Positions 32,089-42,681 are shown, numbered from the stretch's first letter. The stretch: 64,000 nt of DNA from Candidatus Latescibacterota bacterium (GCA_965198115.1 OZ240241.1:7072001-7136000), one strand, 5' to 3'. Numbers and translations are program-made. The notes: generated by a model not told the origin, from the sequence alone.

Positions 32089-34613
32089 CCCTCAGCCCGA
32101 GCAGAAATCCATCGATCACGGGGTTGTCTCTGGTCAGCACGAGCCAGCGCTGATCGGACGCTCTACCGGAGCGGGCCTCTTGCGGAGCCCTTCCCCAGTG
32201 GAGCGCGAGCCTACTCCCGCAGCCGCCGAAACGTGATCCGCCTCCACCCAATCGTTCCGAACTCGGGATGCCGTAACGCCGACGTTCGAATGGGTAAGTT
32301 GGAAGGGAAACACGGCCGATTGTTTCGGGGCGCCGGACATCCAATCGACCTCTACTCCCGCCTCCCACGCCCGACCCAGGGTTTCCTGGTCGTGTTTGTG
32401 TTCGCGTGCCCCTTCGGCCAGGGAGGAAAGAATGATCGGGTGGGTCGGCGCTGACGGATGCGTCGCGGCCAGGGCTCCTAGCGACCGGCCTACCCCAATC
32501 TCCAGAAGGATCGGATCGTCGAGCGTCCAGACCGTGCGCAGGGGATCGACAGTCGTGTCGGCAGACTCGGGCATCGCGAGCCAACGGGTGGGATCATCTG
32601 CAGCGAACTCGAAGGGGTCCGGGCCCCCGGAAAGACCGTGGATCCTGACGGAGGGGGGACGCTGACTGACTTCCGCAAGGAGTCCTGCCAGTGAACTCTC
32701 TTCCTGCGGACACCCGGCGAGGGCCCGGCACGCATCTGCCAACGACACGACACCGGCCAAAGCCGCAGCGACGTGGAGACCCACGCCTCGCGAGACGAGC
32801 ATTGAGGGCGAAACGCCGCGGTCGATCCACATACGGGCGAGTGAGTAGCCCAGGACAACTGTTGAAACATCGATGAGCGAGTCCGGGATCGGGGTTCGAT
32901 CCTCGGGATCGGACGGATAGATTGTCGCCTCCAGATCGAGTCCCAGCGTGGCTTCAGCGCGTCAAACCCGTTCACAGCCTCCTCGCGGAACACCTTCTCA
33001 TAGTCATAAAGCTCTCGTCCCACATTCGCCCGCACCATCCTCTGAGCCGTCAGGAGAAAGACCACGTTTCGTGAGCGTGCGGGGTCGGGGTCCGATCCAG
33101 GGCGCCCGCTCAGACCGACGATGACTTCATCCGTATTCTGACCGACGACGGCTATCCGGTACGGGAACTGATGCCTTCCCACCTGCAGAGTGTGGGCGAC
33201 ATCCTCCAGGCGAACCCCGCTCCCGTCTGCGAGATAGTCACCCAGTGTCCGCGACATCGCTCGCAGTGCCGACGGGGTCCTGGCCGACATCGTGATCAGA
33301 TGCCATGTCCTTTCGGACGTCGGACGTGTGATCGACGGGGCCTCTTCCAGCACGACGTGAGCGTTCGTCCCACCGATGCCGAAAGAACTCACACAAGCAC
33401 GTCGGCAATCTGCCGACCCCCACCGCCGGAGCTCGCGGTTGACGAAAAAGGGGCTGCGGTCGAAGTCGATGTGCGGGTTCGGCTCGCGGAAATGGAGGCT
33501 TGCCGGAATCTGGCCCTTCTGCAGGCAGAGGATCGCTTTGATCATGCCGGCCGCGCCGGCCGCGGTATCCGTGTGACCGATGTTGGACTTGACGGACCCC
33601 AGCGCACAGAACCCGGTCCGGTCCGTCGTCCGGCGGAAGGCGCGCGTCAGGGCCTCGACCTCGATGGGGTCGCCGAGGGTCGTCCCTGTCCCGTGTGCTT
33701 CGACATATCCTATTGTGTCGGCACTGACACCGGCCATCTCAAGCGCATCGACGATCACGTCCGTCTGGCCCTGAGGCGACGGAGCGGAAAAAAGCCGTGC
33801 GGGTGTCACCATCGTTGTTCACAGCCGACCCACGGATGACGGCTTCGATCGCGTCGTTCGATGCCAGCGCATCTTCCAGCCGCTTCAAGGCGAAAACCCC
33901 GAGACCACTCGATGGCACTGTCCCTGCGGCGCCTGCATCGAAAGCACGGCAATGGCCATCCGGAGAAAGGATGCCCCCCTTGGAGAACCAGTAACCCGAG
34001 TCCTGGGGATGGGCGATGGTTATTGCACCGGCCAGAGCAAGATCACACTCGCCGCCGATCAGGCTGCGACACGCCGCGTGTACGGCGACCAGTGCGGTCG
34101 AGCACGCCGTCTGGACGGTGATGGCCGGCCCCCTGAGGCCGAGATGATACGCGACGCGTGTTGTCAGATAGTCTTTTTCGTTTCCCGTGACCACCTTGAA
34201 GGCGCCCACGTTGTCAGCTGCTTGAGACTCGCCTACGCGCCCCCTCCAGAACGCGCTCTCTCCTTGACCGGCATAGATCCGATCCGTTCCCGACAACGGG
34301 CTGGATCGTAGCCCGCCCGCTCCAGGACTTCCCAGGCGGCTTCGAGGAAGCAGCGCTGCTGAGGGTCGACCACGACCGCTTCGTTCGGGGCGTATCCGAA
34401 GAAATCCGCGTCAAACAGCTCGGTATCCTCCAGGACACCACGTGTAGGTACGTAGTGGGTGCCCGCCCGCGGCTTCGGTGACAGTTGCGGCCTTGTCGAA
34501 AAGACCTCCGTGCCCGATTCGAGGATTTCCCAGAACGTCGCCGTGTCGGAGGCCCGCGGATATCTGAGGGCGATGCCGACGACGGCAACTTCCAATCCCG
34601 TCCTGTCAGTCAC
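32089..34613 (-). pseudogene. Type I PKS module (KS plus degenerate AT), at least 4 frameshifts, 3'-truncated by IS630
   Basis: [54 protein letters not shown]; AT site reads SRGVGL; post-AT LPTYPFERRRY; GTG start overlaps the NRPS stop. Confidence 0.85.
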
Positions 34614-37521
34614 TTTGTCCCCCCACGGAACGGCGATTCTCACCGGCGCCCTGCAACCGTGCCAACCCGGACTGGCGAACGGAAACACCGTCGCCACGGA
34701 CGATCTGGATTTCCGCTGTCTCCTTGAGCCAGTTCGCAAAGCTCCGCACCGTCGGCCGATCGAACATCGCCACGATTGGGAGCTCTCGATCAAGGACATC
34801 CTGCAGACGCGAGTGGAGCTGGAGAAGGCGAACGGAGGTGCCTCCGACGTCGAAGAAGCTGATGGTCACGCCCCCTGGGTCAGCAGGCAGGACGTCTCGC
34901 CAGGCATCCAGTATCTTCCGTTCCAGATCGTTGCGAGGAGGGTCCGCGGATTCGACTGGCGGGACTTCGAGACGATCCCGATCGATCTTCCCGTTCCGCG
35001 TTCGTGGCATTGCCTCGAGTGCAACCAGCCGACTCGGCCGCATGTAGGCAGGGAGGCGAGTCTCCAGGCGTCGCCGCAGCGAGTCAATCGATTCGGAATC
35101 GCTTTCGAGGACCACAAAGCCACAGAGCAGCTGCTGGCCGTCGCCTCGAACAACCATCACGGCGTCTCTGACCGCCGGATCACCCAGGAGCACGTGTTCA
35201 ATCCCTGTCAACTCCACCCGGAATCCAGATAGTTGCACTTGATCGTCCTGCCGCCCGCCGTACTCGATACGTCCGTCCGGCAACCACCGGGCGAGATCGC
35301 CGGTTCGATATAGGCGATCGCCCTGGACGAACGGGTTCCTCACGAATTGGGCCTCCGTGAGTGTTTCCTGGTTCAAATAGCCATCTGCAATGCCACTCCC
35401 CGATAGACATAGCTCGCCAAAGACGCCGATGGGTGTGAGCATGCTTCGAGGGCCCAGGATGTGGGCACGGGTGTTAGGAATGGGTCTTCCGATCGTGACT
35501 CTGGTCTCCGGATCGATCGTCCCGAGTGTGGCGCAGACCGTAGCCTCCGAGGGGCCGTATGCGTTGATCAGTCTCCGATTGCGCCCCCATTTATCTGCGA
35601 TCTCCGAAGTACAGGCTTCGCCAACGGACACGACCGTTTTCAAAGCAGGCAAACCGTCGGAAGAGAGTAGACGGAGCAGAGAGGGGGGCAAAGTCGCGAC
35701 CGAGACTCGGTCCCGTTCCAACCCGGCGAGGAAATCGTCCAGGCAGAGTGGGGGACCTTTGTCCGCAAGGCAGAGCGTCGCGCCGGCAGCGAGGGCACCG
35801 AAGATTTCCGAGACAGATGCATCGAACGCGAGAGAGGCGAATTGCAAGACGCGGCTGCCGGGCTCGATCGGATAGGCTCTTGCGAGCGAGAAGGCGAGGT
35901 TCTGAAGTCCTCTATGCCTGAGAACGACCCCCTTGGGCATGCCGGTTGAACCGGAGGTATAGACGACGTAGGCGGGGTCGTCGAGCGAAACAGGAACGGG
36001 CCCCAACTCGCAGGGATCTTCGGGATCCTCGCCATCCACACAGATTGCCTCCGCACCGTTCCCGACAAGGGCAGCCTGATCGATAGTCGTGACAACCGCC
36101 TTCACGCCGGCGTCTCCCAACACGAACCGGACGCGTTCCGCAGGGTCCGAGACATCGACAGGGACGTAGGCACATCCGGCTTTCAGGATGCCCAGAATCG
36201 CAACGACAGCCTCGATCGAGTTCTGTAGAAGCAGACCGACCCGATCTCCGGGCTCCACCCCGTAAAGCGACAGGCGTTTAGCCGCGTAACTCGACCGGAT
36301 CCTCATCTCCCGGTAAGTCAAGCTCTCACGCCCGCTTCGAACGGCCACACGTGCCGGGTGTGTGGTCGCCAGCCTCTCGATAATCGTGTGGACAGGCTCG
36401 GTCGTCCCCCACGAAAGGGAAGTATCGTTGAAGCGGTTGAGGAGCATCTTCTGCTCAACCTCGGACAGCATGGACAGGTCCGCTAGTGCTACCTGCGGGT
36501 CTTCCATCGCAGAGGCCAGCACGCGCTCGAAGTGGCTGCGGAATCGTTCGGCGGTTGTCTGGTGGAAGAGCGACACCGCATAACGGATTTCGTAGACTGT
36601 ATCGTCAGGGCTGAACACCAGCTCCAGGTCATAGCCGGCCGGGACCCCTTCAGAGCACGATCCACCCACCAGCGCCGATTGGAAAGCCGTGTCGAACCCG
36701 TGGGCACGACTCAAATCCTGCTGACATCCGATATCATCGAGAATACTGTCTAGAGGAAGGGCGTTGTGTTTGACCAGGTGGCATGTGTTTGCGACATCCT
36801 CCACAAACCGAAGGAATGACTTGTCGCCCTGGGCGAGGCAGCGGACGGGTAGGTCTTGGCCAGGTTCGCCAGGCACGGACCGCCACCCCACCACCAGATC
36901 CTCTTGTCCCGCGTATCGCGAGAGTACAACAGCATAGGCCGCCAAAACGAAGGCGCGAGGGTTCACCCCGTACCTCTCACAGACCGAACCCAAGCTGTTC
37001 GACCCCCTCGAATCGAGATGACCGGCGAGAGCCTGTTGTTCGAATGAGACGATCGGCGGTCGAGGGTTGTCGGCCGGAAGGTTCAGGACCGGAATCCCGT
37101 CAGGGAAGCATTTCTCCCAAAACACGTTCTCCGCGGTCGTCGAGACAGCCTTGAAAAGAGGTCGAACTCGATCTATCTCCGCGTGCTGGACATAGTCGGA
37201 CAGGACGGCAGCAGCCAGGGTACCGGCGGAGTATGAAATCTTGTTGGGTACCAGCGTCACCTCTAGCAAGAACGCCCGATCTTCACCGCACGATCTCAGT
37301 GAGACCTCGATCCGACTGTCTTTTGTGGAAGCTCCATCCCTTTCCGAGACGAAGCGGCAAGCCTGCTCTATTTCACCTTCTGGAGTACCCAGACGCTCGA
37401 CCACACGCGCAAAGGACTGTTCGATCGTGGCGCGATCGATCTCTCCCGTCAGCGCATATGCCCGGCGAATCGGCAGCACTGGGATACCGTCTCCGGTCCT
37501 CTGTTCCGGCGAGTTCGTCAT
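34606..37521 (-). CDS. NRPS loading module: degenerate C domain, A domain, PCP
   Basis: YTSGSTGMPKG, FDAS, NAYGPSE, GELC..G..IADGY, YRTGDL, NGKIDR; PCP FFDVGGTS; no HHxxxDG. Confidence 0.93.
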   Translation of the reverse strand: MTNSPEQRTGDGIPVLPIRRAYALTGEIDRATIEQSFARVVERLGTPEGEIEQACRFVSERDGASTKDSRIEVSLRSCGEDRAFLLEVTLVPNKISYSAGTLAAAVLSDYVQHAEIDRVRPLFKAVSTTAENVFWEKCFPDGIPVLNLPADNPRPPIVSFEQQALAGHLDSRGSNSLGSVCERYGVNPRAFVLAAYAVVLSRYAGQEDLVVGWRSVPGEPGQDLPVRCLAQGDKSFLRFVEDVANTCHLVKHNALPLDSILDDIGCQQDLSRAHGFDTAFQSALVGGSCSEGVPAGYDLELVFSPDDTVYEIRYAVSLFHQTTAERFRSHFERVLASAMEDPQVALADLSMLSEVEQKMLLNRFNDTSLSWGTTEPVHTIIERLATTHPARVAVRSGRESLTYREMRIRSSYAAKRLSLYGVEPGDRVGLLLQNSIEAVVAILGILKAGCAYVPVDVSDPAERVRFVLGDAGVKAVVTTIDQAALVGNGAEAICVDGEDPEDPCELGPVPVSLDDPAYVVYTSGSTGMPKGVVLRHRGLQNLAFSLARAYPIEPGSRVLQFASLAFDASVSEIFGALAAGATLCLADKGPPLCLDDFLAGLERDRVSVATLPPSLLRLLSSDGLPALKTVVSVGEACTSEIADKWGRNRRLINAYGPSEATVCATLGTIDPETRVTIGRPIPNTRAHILGPRSMLTPIGVFGELCLSGSGIADGYLNQETLTEAQFVRNPFVQGDRLYRTGDLARWLPDGRIEYGGRQDDQVQLSGFRVELTGIEHVLLGDPAVRDAVMVVRGDGQQLLCGFVVLESDSESIDSLRRRLETRLPAYMRPSRLVALEAMPRTRNGKIDRDRLEVPPVESADPPRNDLERKILDAWRDVLPADPGGVTISFFDVGGTSVRLLQLHSRLQDVLDRELPIVAMFDRPTVRSFANWLKETAEIQIVRGDGVSVRQSGLARLQGAGENRRSVGGQSD

Positions 37522-39972
37522 TCACGCATCGCCAGTCGTCGCGTCGACGATCTCGTCCTCGATCCGGCATGCTTCAGAGATGATCATGTCGTATAGACCG
37601 CGGACGAACTCAGGGCTCAGATTCTGAGATTCTCCTATCCGGGCGCACTTGGACTTCACGACTTCCACACGATTGGGCTGCATCATCGGGACGTCATTGG
37701 CGCGTTTGAATTGGGCCACGCCCCGGCATATGTCCAGACGTCTTGCAACCAGGCCGACGAGCTCTTCGTCGATGGAGTCCAACTCTTCACGAAATCCTTC
37801 GAGTTCATTCACGATGACCTCCAAACGTTCGGTATGACGATCCGACCCGACGGGGTCCGACCCTTCGATCTCGAACAACCCCTCCTGGAACCTGCCGTAT
37901 ACCGTCACGATAATCGCCCGGATTAGCGCTTCCACTTTGAGAAGCATTTCCTGGTATTCGGACTCGGGATCCGAGAGACTGACGATTGCGCCGCCACATC
38001 CCATCGTGATAAGGTCTCCGTGGAGGACCGCGGTCCGAATCACGATGCTCAAGTCGACGGCTCCGTCGAACCCGAGGTATCCGAGTGCCCCCGAGTATGG
38101 TCCTCTTGGCCTCCGCTCCAGCTGGTCCAGGATCTCCATGGTTCTGAGCTTTGGTGCACCTGTCATCGACCCTCCCGGAAATGCGGCCTTGATGCAGTCG
38201 ACCGGGTGGACATCATGCTTTAGCTGTCCGACAACAGTGCTGACCAGCTGATGGACCGTCTGATACGTTTCCACATCCATCATCTTGGGCACGTCCACAG
38301 ATCCGACCTCACACACACGGCCGAGGTCGTTGCGGAGGAGATCGACGATCATCAGGTTTTCAGCGCGATCTTTCGTGCTCATTCCAAGTGCGAGCCTCAG
38401 GTCCTCATCTTCTTGAGCATCCTGCCCGCGCCTGCTGGTTCCCTTGATCGGTTTGGACTCGACGCAACCGTCGCGGTCGATCTTCAGGAATCGCTCTGGG
38501 GATGAGCTGAGGACCGAATATTCACCGATCTTCAAGTAGCACGCATACGGAGCCGGATTGATACGACGCATAACCTGATAGAGTGCGAGGGGGTCCACGT
38601 CTACTGCGGTCGACACTTCGTTCGTCAGGCAGATTTCGTAGCTCTCTCCCCGATGGATTTCATCGAGGCAGTGCTTGATGTCGGCCAGGTATTCCTTCCG
38701 CGATCTGTTTAGCTTGAACCGGGTTTTCGCGGTCGGATCCGGCACTGCAGATGTCGGCGCCTTCTGGGGGAACGACCTGAGTTCTGCGGTTACCCAGTCG
38801 AACCATCGATTGGCGCAGGCCTCGTCGTCCTCGGCACCCATAGTGACCAGATACACACACGCGTCCTGGTGGTCGAACGCAAGGAAGCGGCCCGCAAGGA
38901 TGAAGGCGGCATCCGGCAGCCGGGACGTGTGGGCCTCTTCGGCCCCGCACACCTTCTTGAGTTCATACCCGAAATAGCCGACAAACCCTCCCGCAAAAGG
39001 AACGGGCAGATCCGGACACGCTACTCGTCGGGCATCCAGCTCATCCCGCAAAAAATCGAAGACATCCCTGTCTAGGTATCTGCGCTCGCCTCCAGCCTCC
39101 GTGACCACGAGTGTGTTTGTGTGTGCTCGATACTCCACTGACATTCCTTGATCGCCGGAATCGTCCCCCATAAAGGAGAAGCGTGAGAGTCCCTCCTCCA
39201 CCCGACTGCTGTCCAGCCAGAAGGACCGCGTGCTGCCGCCGAAGAGATTGGAAAACACCGCATGACCGTCGGGAAGGAAGTCAAGCTTCCTGAACCGAAC
39301 GCACGGCCGCCGGCCAGTTTTGGGCTTTCGAGCACGACCGTTCACGATTCGGAACGATGGATGTTCAACCGAGCCGACACGACGCGTCGAAGACTCGCGT
39401 TCGGTGATTTTCCGGAAGTTTCGTATCAGACGCGCACCGAACTCGGTCCCGATGGACTCCGGATGGAACTGGAGCCCCCAGAGCTTTCTGGCGCGGTGCC
39501 GAAGCCCCATCACGCATCCATCGGTGGTCCAGGCGATCCTTTCGAGGCAATCTGGTAGGCCCTCGGAAACGATCAGAGAGTGATACCTCACGGCAGAGAA
39601 CCCGGGTGGGATCCCTTCAAACAGGTCGGAGCCATCGTGGCAAATCGAACTATGCCGACCGTGCATGACCTCGGGTGCCTGGATCACCCGAGCGCCGTAG
39701 ACTTCACCGAGCCCTTGATGCCCGAGGCAAACACCCAATGTCGGACGGTTGACCTTTCGGAGAACTTCCGCGCACACCCCAAAGTCTCTGTGGTTCTTCG
39801 GTCTACCCGGGCCGGGCGAAATGACCACGTTTTCGAACGACAGCCGGGAGAGTGCTGGCCAGTCCAATGCGTTGTTCGTAACGACGAGGGGTTCCTCACC
39901 GTTCACTTCGGCAAGCACCTGAAAAAGGTTGTAAGTGAACGAGTCGTAGTTGTCGATCAGGAGCGTGCGCAT
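37522..39972 (-). CDS. Aminodeoxychorismate synthase (PabA-PabB fusion) with a C-terminal AroQ-type chorismate mutase domain (PapA+PapB-like)
   Basis: IDNYDSF, ISPGPG, GVCLG, QFHPES; SPERF, PIKGT, ENLMIVDL, PGGSMTGAPK; tail LEGFREELDSIDEELVGLVARR..C..VAQFK...VPMMQPNRV...EACRIE. Confidence 0.92.
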   Translation of the reverse strand: MRTLLIDNYDSFTYNLFQVLAEVNGEEPLVVTNNALDWPALSRLSFENVVISPGPGRPKNHRDFGVCAEVLRKVNRPTLGVCLGHQGLGEVYGARVIQAPEVMHGRHSSICHDGSDLFEGIPPGFSAVRYHSLIVSEGLPDCLERIAWTTDGCVMGLRHRARKLWGLQFHPESIGTEFGARLIRNFRKITERESSTRRVGSVEHPSFRIVNGRARKPKTGRRPCVRFRKLDFLPDGHAVFSNLFGGSTRSFWLDSSRVEEGLSRFSFMGDDSGDQGMSVEYRAHTNTLVVTEAGGERRYLDRDVFDFLRDELDARRVACPDLPVPFAGGFVGYFGYELKKVCGAEEAHTSRLPDAAFILAGRFLAFDHQDACVYLVTMGAEDDEACANRWFDWVTAELRSFPQKAPTSAVPDPTAKTRFKLNRSRKEYLADIKHCLDEIHRGESYEICLTNEVSTAVDVDPLALYQVMRRINPAPYACYLKIGEYSVLSSSPERFLKIDRDGCVESKPIKGTSRRGQDAQEDEDLRLALGMSTKDRAENLMIVDLLRNDLGRVCEVGSVDVPKMMDVETYQTVHQLVSTVVGQLKHDVHPVDCIKAAFPGGSMTGAPKLRTMEILDQLERRPRGPYSGALGYLGFDGAVDLSIVIRTAVLHGDLITMGCGGAIVSLSDPESEYQEMLLKVEALIRAIIVTVYGRFQEGLFEIEGSDPVGSDRHTERLEVIVNELEGFREELDSIDEELVGLVARRLDICRGVAQFKRANDVPMMQPNRVEVVKSKCARIGESQNLSPEFVRGLYDMIISEACRIEDEIVDATTGDA

Positions 39973-40069
39973 GCATTCCTGTCTTGGCGCCTTCGGGTCG
40001 CGGAAGGACAAACTCGACTCTCAATGAGCTGGGTGAGACCGGCGGATTCCGCTCTCATCGGTGCTCGCC

Positions 40070-41995
40070 TCAGTCGTCATCAGCAGATCCCTTGCAAGCG
40101 TCAACGATCAGAGAGGAAACCGACTCTGCAAACGCCCAGGGATCCTCCACACGCTCCCCCTCGACTTGGACGGCCTGCTCGTAGAGCAGCCTGCAACAGT
40201 TCGCCACCCGGGGATCGTCCGGGGCTCGATCGAACAGCGCCTGGACAGCTTGAACGACCGCGTGTTCCAGATTGATTTCCAGGATCTTCCGCGCCCGGAA
40301 CACGGACTGGTTCGCCTCCCGCATCAGGCGTTCCATGTTCAGGCTGTGACCGATCTCTGCGCTCGCCAGGCAAACCGGACTCTGTGTGAGGCGGGTGGAC
40401 GCACGAACGTCGTCCATTTTTTCTCCCAAGCAGGTTTTCATGTATTCCAAGAGGCCTTCCTCGGTGTCCGGCTCGTCGGGAGACTCGTCTTGGTCGTCTT
40501 TCGAGAGGTCGATACTGTTCACACGGGAGATCGACTTCAAGGGCTTCCCTTGATACTCCGTCAGGCTTTGGGTCAGGAACTCGTCGACTTTGTCTACGAA
40601 TAACAGAACCTCGTAGCCTTTCTCCCTTACACCCTCCAGCTGGGGAGACTTCTCGATCGCCTCCCTGCTGGGTCCGGTGGCGAAAAGGATCTCTTCCTGA
40701 TCCTCCGGCATACGTGCCACATACTCTGAGAGCGTCGTGGACTCTGTGCCTGCGCTCAACACCCCGAATACAAGCAGATCCTGAAGCTTCTCGACGTTAT
40801 CGGGATCGCTGAATATCCCCCCCTTGATCGACTTCCCGAACTCCGCCCAAAGCGCCTCATACAGGCCGCGGTCGTTCTTCAAAATCGAACGGAAGGCGCT
40901 CAGAATCTTTCGCTCCGCATATCCTACAATCCGCTTCAACTGTCGTCCGTGTTGAAGTGTCTCTCGGGAAATGTTCAACGGGAGGTCCGGAGAGTCGATG
41001 ACGCCTTGCATAAACGACAGATACTCGGGGAAGCCCTGACAGGACTCCATCACCAGAACCCGGTTCGAGAAAAGCCTGACACCGCTCTCCGTTGCGCTCG
41101 TATACAGGTCATAGGGCGCATGTGACGGGATGAAAAGCAAGCCCGACACCACGACCGTCCCTTCCCCCTTAAAGTGAATCGTCTCCGCGGGCTCGTAGTA
41201 GTCGTTGAAGCTGTCCCGGTAGAACGAGGCGTAATCTTCGTCGGTCAGACCGGAGCTGTCTTCCTCCCAAAGGGGCTTGATCGAGTTGAGCGTCTTCTGT
41301 TCGATGACCGAGAATTCCGCTTCGTCATGGTGACTCCCCTCGGAGGCGGGCTTTTGGGTCTCGAAATCCATTCGAATCGGATACTGGACAAAGTTGCTGT
41401 AGTGCTGTACGTGCTTCTGGATGACGAATTGATCCAGGAAGGTGTCGAAAGATTCGTCTTCCGTGTTCTCTCTGAGTCGAAGGACGATCCGGGTCCCACG
41501 GTCGCACATGGGTATTTCGCTGATCTCGAACGTACCTTCGCCCTCCGATTCCCAGCATACGCCCAGCTCGGCGTGCGGATGTTTCGTGGACACGGACAGT
41601 TGGTCTGCAACCATAAACGCGGAGTAGAACCCGACCCCGAACTGCCCGATCAGAGTCTCATCGGAACCGCCCTCGCGAAGAGACTCCACAAACGCCAGAG
41701 ATCCCGACTTCGCGATCGTTCCGAGGTTCTCCATCACGTCGTCGTACGTCATCCCGATCCCGTTGTCAGAAATCGTCAGTGTGCGGGCCTCCCGGTCGAT
41801 CTCGATGCGGATCGAGAGATCGGTGTCTTGCCCCAGAATGTCCGGTTCCGTCAGCGCCAGGATCCTAAGTCTGTCCAGTGCGTCCGATGCGTTTGCAATC
41901 AGCTCGCGCATAAAAATCTCCTTCTGCGTGTAGAGCGAGTTGACCACAAGCTTGAGCAGCTGTTTGACTTCGGCCTGGAAATCCATCGTTTTCAT
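40070..41995 (-). CDS. htpG: Molecular chaperone HtpG (Hsp90)
   Basis: FQAEVKQLL, RELIANASDA, DNGIGM, NLGTIAKSG, IGQFGVGFYSAF, DLPLNISRE, LEIN..H. Confidence 0.96.
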   Translation of the reverse strand: MKTMDFQAEVKQLLKLVVNSLYTQKEIFMRELIANASDALDRLRILALTEPDILGQDTDLSIRIEIDREARTLTISDNGIGMTYDDVMENLGTIAKSGSLAFVESLREGGSDETLIGQFGVGFYSAFMVADQLSVSTKHPHAELGVCWESEGEGTFEISEIPMCDRGTRIVLRLRENTEDESFDTFLDQFVIQKHVQHYSNFVQYPIRMDFETQKPASEGSHHDEAEFSVIEQKTLNSIKPLWEEDSSGLTDEDYASFYRDSFNDYYEPAETIHFKGEGTVVVSGLLFIPSHAPYDLYTSATESGVRLFSNRVLVMESCQGFPEYLSFMQGVIDSPDLPLNISRETLQHGRQLKRIVGYAERKILSAFRSILKNDRGLYEALWAEFGKSIKGGIFSDPDNVEKLQDLLVFGVLSAGTESTTLSEYVARMPEDQEEILFATGPSREAIEKSPQLEGVREKGYEVLLFVDKVDEFLTQSLTEYQGKPLKSISRVNSIDLSKDDQDESPDEPDTEEGLLEYMKTCLGEKMDDVRASTRLTQSPVCLASAEIGHSLNMERLMREANQSVFRARKILEINLEHAVVQAVQALFDRAPDDPRVANCCRLLYEQAVQVEGERVEDPWAFAESVSSLIVDACKGSADDD

Positions 41996-42015
41996 AGAGT
42001 TGTCTCCTTCTCCAG

Positions 42016-42681
42016 CTAAGACTCTCGATCAGAACGGCTTCGATGGGGGTGTCTGGCCAACCCCCAAAAACGGATGCCGCTCAATGGCTCCACATCCTCC
42101 GTCTCTACCACAAAACCGTGACGGGAGTAGAAGCTGATGTTTTGGGACTGGTCTGTCTCCAGGTAACAGGGGATGCAGTCCCGGTCGGACCGGTGAAGCA
42201 CCGGCTCGATCAACGCACTCCCGATACCACGCGACTGCGAACTTGGATCGACGCCGAGGATCATCAGATACCAGTGCGGATCCAGAACCTTGCGCTCCCT
42301 CACCGATTGCAGATAGCCGTGGTATCCGAACATCCGATCTGTCGTCTCCGCTCCGAGATCCGATGAAAGACCGGACAGCCCGGACACCTCCCAATACTCC
42401 GGATTGGGCAGATACGACGGGGGCAACCAAAGAGCCACACCGAGTATCTTGCCTGTGGTGGTCCACGCCTCACCTGACAAGAGTATGTATGCCGTAAATG
42501 CTCGGTATGCAGGGATCAGACGCGATTCCCGATCCTCGTCATCTGGCACCAGATACCGACACACCGGAGATGCCGTGAACGACCGGGCCAGGACCGCCGA
42601 AGCACCGTCGATCTGCGACGACAACAGCGGAGTCGGGGAAGCGGAGAGATCGTGCGCTGCTGAATGTATCCGCTCAGTCAC
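42016..42681 (-). CDS. GNAT N-acetyltransferase (puromycin N-acetyltransferase-like subtype)
   Basis: GVALW.PP, HWYLMILGVDPSSQSRGIGSAL, PCYLET, N..FY.RHGF; GTG start overlaps the PPTase stop. Confidence 0.85.
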   Translation of the reverse strand: MTERIHSAAHDLSASPTPLLSSQIDGASAVLARSFTASPVCRYLVPDDEDRESRLIPAYRAFTAYILLSGEAWTTTGKILGVALWLPPSYLPNPEYWEVSGLSGLSSDLGAETTDRMFGYHGYLQSVRERKVLDPHWYLMILGVDPSSQSRGIGSALIEPVLHRSDRDCIPCYLETDQSQNISFYSRHGFVVETEDVEPLSGIRFWGLARHPHRSRSDRES

